64,000 nucleotides of DNA, taken from an uncultured virus (IMG/VR IMGVR_UViG_3300042505_001288). Its lineage: Duplodnaviria; Heunggongvirae; Uroviricota; Caudoviricetes. Of this stretch, positions 60,101-64,000 are shown in pieces. A program made the position numbers and the translations under genes. How positions within the stretch are numbered: the stretch's first letter is position 1; each line of letters opens with the position of its first letter. Location: the IMG/VR virus record IMGVR_UViG_3300042505_001288, one strand, 5' to 3'. The notes below the pieces were generated by a model. It did not search any database, had not been told where the DNA came from, and worked only from the letters and a program-made list of their open reading frames with translations.

Positions 60101-61029
60101 TAGTAACTGTTGAAAACACTTTACATATTAAAAATACATTAACAATTGATAATCCTATTTTGAAATTAGGATTAGATACTACCGATATTGAATCTAATAA
60201 TGATTTCGGGATATCATTTAGAAACAATTATAACATATATTCATATGTTACCAGTATCGATGTTACATCAACTGGTTCTGTGAATACGGTTATTATCAAC
60301 TTAAATGATACCGTAGCAAATGCTAATATCACAACAAATGATACTATACATATTGCTGGAGCAAATCTAGTTGAACTTAATGGTACATGGAATGTAACAG
60401 TAGCATCACCATCTGCAACTACTGTCACTATTAATGTAACATCACAAATCCCGGCGACTACATATGTAGATCATCCATCTGTTATTTTATTAAACAAAAT
60501 TGGATTCTTTGGGTATAACCATTCGAATGATTCATTTACTTTTATCCCTGATGCATTAATTAGTAATAATGATGTAACTGGATTAACTGGAACTATTAAT
60601 GCAAAAATTAACAGTGATAAAGTGACTATTACATCTGGAACATTGGATAATGTTATTATTGGTGGAACTACCGCAAATACTGGTATATTCACTAATGTGT
60701 TATCTGACCAAGTTACGGCCCGAACTACAATATCAATTCATGACGCTAATGGTTTTGGTGTAATTTTAGATACTTTTAATAAAAATCAAATTGATTCAGC
60801 AAAATACGTAATAAAAATTAAAAATACAACAACTAATACTATAACAGTGCAGGAATTTTTATTAGTACAAGATACTGTTGATATCTATATGACTGAATAT
60901 GCTGTTATTAATACAGGTATTTCATTTGGTGTTTTATCTGGTAGCTTTGATGGGAACAGTGTAAATGTGGTGTTCACACCATCAACAAATAACAATATTT
61001 TAATAAAATTAATAAAGTTTTACACATAA
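57154..61029 (+). CDS. Large virion/fibre protein, paralogue of 50240..54739
   Basis: IYVSKSGSDSNIG..TIKGAL, SPIINNCS..GPFLADGTLFVP, GxGY repeats, DLATKEYVD and AQPAITSVGALTSL fibre motifs. Confidence 0.7.
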   Translation: MPKLLSNRVKVTPSEQLSQSRYQYVELNQAQPALGTPLTDKSVLLANLDGTTEWVSQADITGNVVPNKNTIYVSKSGSDSNIGNSISSTKLTIKGALTAATAGTSIIIYAGDYTEVNPLVLPENVSIIGQDSRVNVIPKNPTQDVFKLNSGSSIDGITVVNHKYPSFAFSLKSNVNIKISPIINNCSSITGPFLADGTLFVPFVTVQNGSITPGATPLLDADVPVVNKRINITGAGGGIFIDGGEIISQSLYKSVIVDQFIASNQGGIGVQATNNATIILQNSISKFCTVGFKATNGGYIDLTSCTTEYGTYGLVSDGYLSTPYINSGIISASHFSSVSNVSITNQGSGYGSTPTVVVGTQWSTGATVATHSQLFYGSNLYFVMSGGVLGAIAPTFTNSTPTANGTATLLYTGTAATATATMSGGKITNIAFTSGSGYTSIPSITFVGSNTTPAEASAELTGISLVSVGSITKKPLVSTLISFQYNPNYYYITDATDVVGTNSNIKVSPELYYVLGNYTASLYYESRIIANGHTSKYIGAGTTLNALATNSGTPVYANETVESNHGKIFYTGVNETGLYKIGDIFTVDNITGVSSVNSNIFDLTNVSAIGPLNRSGVISGVQLREISDDITLTATTGIRDSFTAPTQHAVYTFLQNNYLALTGGTVAGTVTINDLILSGNIITSKNTNQSIILNPVGNGNLDVSGSRVINSATPVNNTDLATKEYVDNAVTGVGDTYPSINIGDFYIHGDVIENTINDANITLTTKGTGQTVITSLIDSSSSITGALVVNGGVGIATKLYVGDSVYSTTFYGNLDGAATTAGTVTTAAQPAITSVGALTSLQVGNININENIIKNTSLDENLILGATGTGDVIPEIDNTIDFGSNSRTWKKGYFTNIAGTLDTSSQPNISSLSSNVKIFDSTYTLTPTLDVGFSNTNKFEIETHQTSSSLTYTKFVNISSGTNNNYFEFHPDQNLALTIANGLVTVENTLHIKNTLTIDNPILKLGLDTTDIESNNDFGISFRNNYNIYSYVTSIDVTSTGSVNTVIINLNDTVANANITTNDTIHIAGANLVELNGTWNVTVASPSATTVTINVTSQIPATTYVDHPSVILLNKIGFFGYNHSNDSFTFIPDALISNNDVTGLTGTINAKINSDKVTITSGTLDNVIIGGTTANTGIFTNVLSDQVTARTTISIHDANGFGVILDTFNKNQIDSAKYVIKIKNTTTNTITVQEFLLVQDTVDIYMTEYAVINTGISFGVLSGSFDGNSVNVVFTPSTNNNILIKLIKFYT

Positions 61030-61054
61030 ATAGACATATAGGAGATTTTACGAA

Positions 61055-64000
61055 ATGTCAACAACTAATAAACAGTTTTTAACACGAGCTGGAGTAAACC
61101 TTCCAGCTGGTACAAGTACACAAGCACCATTAATATTCCAAAATGGTACCAATTTAACCACACCTGTGATTGGTGCAATGGAGTGGGATGGATATAATTT
61201 AACAATAACAGAATATTCATCGAATGGGACTAATAGTTCTGCTCCTGCAACAACTGTTCGTAGAACACTTGCATACAATGATTCAACATTATTACCAAAA
61301 GTAGATACTTTAACTGCCAATGGAACAACACAAGCTACTACAACTGCTAAAATTACTAACGATGTGGTATATGTTTCTGGTGCATCTGTATCAACTGGAC
61401 CTGGGTACAATGGTGTAATATTGCCACCAGCGGTTCCAGGTAGAAAAGTAACGATTATTAATATAAGTACTAATCCTATTAACATATGGCCATATCCAGT
61501 AGTATCTGATTTAACCGGTGTTAGTTCAACTGGTACAACATTAAATGTTAGTTCAACTACTAATTTATACCCTGGTATGATTTTAACTAATACCAATTTT
61601 GTTGGCGGCGTTGCAAAAATTATTAGTATTACAGGTAATACAACTGTAGTTATTGATGCTACTCCTACTACTGCACTATCAGGCGCAACAGTTTCAATCT
61701 CAAATGGTGGTACTGGAAGAATTAATGGAAGTGCTGTTAACCAAGCATATGCATTGGATAAATCATCATCTATTGAAATGGTGGCATATGATTCCGTATA
61801 CTGGTATACCTTGGCAGCAACTCCGCTTAATGCGACTGGGGTTAGCACCTCAAATTATACAATCGGTGACTTGATTGTTGCAAATGGTGCAACTTCATTA
61901 GGTGTTATTAATGATATTGCTGTTGGTAGCGTATTGTTATCAGGAGGAGTCGGTGCGTCACCAACCTATGGTAAAGTAAATTTAACAACGGTTGTAAGTG
62001 GTGTATTACCAGTTGCTAATGGTGGTACTGGGACTACTGGTTCTGGATTATTAGCATCTGGAAGTTCATATGATATCGTAACTACTGGCGTTACCTCATT
62101 GAATATAGGTAGTGCCGCTACATCTATCAATATTGGTGCATCTACTGGTACTACAACAATTAATAATGATTTAACAGTTGCAGGTAACTTAATCGTAGGT
62201 GGTGATCAGGTTATCAATAATACCACGAACACTTCTATTGAAGATACTATTTTTGAAATGAACCATCCATCGGCGGGATGGTTGTCTTCTGATTCTGGTG
62301 CAGATATTGGTACTAAATTTGATTGGTTCAAATCATCTGGTAATTATCTTATTGTTACAGGTGGTTCATCAACTGGAACTACTTGTACTTTAAATGTTCC
62401 AGTATATATACCAGCTGGTGCTATTATAACTATTGCTGGTGTTACACCAGCATCTTTTAATGGTACATTTGTTGTAACCAGTGCGACTTCTGGTGCAACT
62501 CCTACTATTACTTATACATCTGGAACATCATATACTGGTGCCGTAACTACTTCGGGTGCATTAGGAAGTGTAATAAAAGAAGTTAAATTCACAGGCACTA
62601 GTTTTACATGGGCTGCCAATGTCATTACAGTATCATATACTGGACCTGCACTTCCATTGGTGACAGTGTTATCTCCAACATATTCATCCGCTAGTAATAT
62701 AATTACTCATTCTGGGGCAGTAGTCGTTTATCCTGGAATGTTTTTAACTGGTGCAAATATTACTGCTGGAACATATGTTGTTTCCGTTACTGATACCACA
62801 CATTTTACAACCAATATTAAACCAACCGGGTCAAATTCTGGTTCTATATTGGCCGGTGCAATGGTTACTATTGCTGGTACTACTAATTATAACGGTACAT
62901 ACTATATTGCAACAGCGTCTGCGAATAGTTTTACTATTTCAAAAAATGGTTCTGCTGCTACTGAAAGTTCTGGTACATTTACATTCGACCATAGATATGC
63001 ATTTGCTGGATGGACCAATGATGCCCAAGCATTTGAGTATTATAAAGAAGGTGAAGAAACTAGTACTGGTGTATTCACTGGTGCTTACGGTAGTATTAAA
63101 GGTGGGCAATTTCAAACTCCTAGTTCAGCATTAAGTATTGGTAATACTGATATTACTTCTGGTATATCATTAAAAATTCCTACAAATACTGTTTATGATA
63201 TTGATAGTTCAACAAGCGCAACAGTTGCACAGGGATCGGTAATTAGTGTTGGTCAACAAACAATTGGTGCAAAAAATGCTACCATCACATACACCAACTT
63301 GGCATCATTATATATTGCCAATGCACCTACTACTGGTTCTAATGTAACTGGAACAAATAAATATGCAATTCAAGTAGCAGCAGGTAATACGTTATTAGGT
63401 GGTGATTTAGCTGTAAATGGTAGTAATTTAACCACTACACAATCTACCTTTAATTTATTAAATGTAACAGCTACAACGATTAATGCATTTGGTGCTGGTA
63501 CAACTGTAAATATTGCAACTCCTGCAACTACCGGTTCAACAGCAACATCTGTTAACATTAGTAATAAAACAACAGCTGCTACAACTTTAAGCGTTGGTAC
63601 TGCATCAACCTCAGCATCTACTTTTACATTTGGCGGTGCGATCACAACTGGCACTAATACTGTTAAAATTGGTTCTGGAACCGGTGGAACAGTCGCATTT
63701 GATTCTGGGTTGGCTGGTGCTACTGCAACATTATTTGCATCAACCACTGGTACTGTGAGAATTGCGGAAGCATCTACAACAGTAACTTTACAAAATACAA
63801 CAACTAGTGCTAGTACCTTAAATATCGCTACTGCTACTGGAAATAATAGTAATACATTAACATATGGTGGATTAGCAACCACTGCAACTAATAAAATAGT
63901 TATTAATGCAGCTAATGGCGGTATTACAACATTAGATGCTGGTAATGCTGGTGCAACTGGTAACTTATTCCCAATTATTACTGGAAATATTAATATTGGT
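61055..64000 (+). CDS. Tail-fibre-like protein, truncated by the window end (>=982 aa)
   Basis: Not in the track. ATAAATA at 61026, AGGAG SD, ATG 61055 (MSTTNKQFLTRAGVNLPAG...). Same frame reads ...GNINIG at 64000; VSGVLPVANGGTG fibre motif; T/G/S-rich. Confidence 0.8.
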   Translation, partial: MSTTNKQFLTRAGVNLPAGTSTQAPLIFQNGTNLTTPVIGAMEWDGYNLTITEYSSNGTNSSAPATTVRRTLAYNDSTLLPKVDTLTANGTTQATTTAKITNDVVYVSGASVSTGPGYNGVILPPAVPGRKVTIINISTNPINIWPYPVVSDLTGVSSTGTTLNVSSTTNLYPGMILTNTNFVGGVAKIISITGNTTVVIDATPTTALSGATVSISNGGTGRINGSAVNQAYALDKSSSIEMVAYDSVYWYTLAATPLNATGVSTSNYTIGDLIVANGATSLGVINDIAVGSVLLSGGVGASPTYGKVNLTTVVSGVLPVANGGTGTTGSGLLASGSSYDIVTTGVTSLNIGSAATSINIGASTGTTTINNDLTVAGNLIVGGDQVINNTTNTSIEDTIFEMNHPSAGWLSSDSGADIGTKFDWFKSSGNYLIVTGGSSTGTTCTLNVPVYIPAGAIITIAGVTPASFNGTFVVTSATSGATPTITYTSGTSYTGAVTTSGALGSVIKEVKFTGTSFTWAANVITVSYTGPALPLVTVLSPTYSSASNIITHSGAVVVYPGMFLTGANITAGTYVVSVTDTTHFTTNIKPTGSNSGSILAGAMVTIAGTTNYNGTYYIATASANSFTISKNGSAATESSGTFTFDHRYAFAGWTNDAQAFEYYKEGEETSTGVFTGAYGSIKGGQFQTPSSALSIGNTDITSGISLKIPTNTVYDIDSSTSATVAQGSVISVGQQTIGAKNATITYTNLASLYIANAPTTGSNVTGTNKYAIQVAAGNTLLGGDLAVNGSNLTTTQSTFNLLNVTATTINAFGAGTTVNIATPATTGSTATSVNISNKTTAATTLSVGTASTSASTFTFGGAITTGTNTVKIGSGTGGTVAFDSGLAGATATLFASTTGTVRIAEASTTVTLQNTTTSASTLNIATATGNNSNTLTYGGLATTATNKIVINAANGGITTLDAGNAGATGNLFPIITGNINIG

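Noticed and set aside
1436..63882. Many short ORF-track entries antisense or out of frame within long genes (e.g. 1436, 7195, 14866, 45182, 59583, 61048, 63370)
   Set aside because: Shadow ORFs of real genes: no SD or promoter, and composition mirrors the codon bias of the opposite strand.
1..64000. Stop-codon reassignment (seen in some large phages)
   Set aside because: Core genes are full length in the standard code, and TAG and TGA both terminate genes at sensible positions.

Overview
AT-rich 64 kb segment of a large T4-related (jumbo-type) myophage, read in the standard genetic code. Positions 1-31290 (minus strand) are a baseplate/tail-fibre operon: gp48/54-, gp53-, gp27-, gp5-, gp25- and gp6-like genes, a 4524-aa wedge protein, three paralogous fibre proteins and a truncated Gly-rich fibre. 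Positions 31373-37486 are an island driven mostly by sigma70 promoters: gp55 late sigma factor, gp47/gp46 nuclease, a small basic protein and two homing-type endonucleases. A ~550-nt highly structured non-coding tract follows. Next come a gp26-like gene with a probable -1 frameshift extension, a tape-measure-like gene, the head module (portal gp20, core protein, protease gp21, an inserted GIY-YIG endonuclease, scaffold gp22, capsid gp23) and large virion/fibre proteins running off the right end. Top leads: (1) a candidate large pseudoknotted ncRNA directly behind a GIY-YIG nuclease gene, with 5' tandem repeats complementary to two of its loops; (2) seven repeats in two virion proteins that match the phycocyanin bilin-attachment helix (CxRD...GG) in register; (3) a start-less ORF joined to gp26 by a slippery A_AAT_TTT_TTC site. 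All product calls come from recognising motifs by eye; no database search was run.
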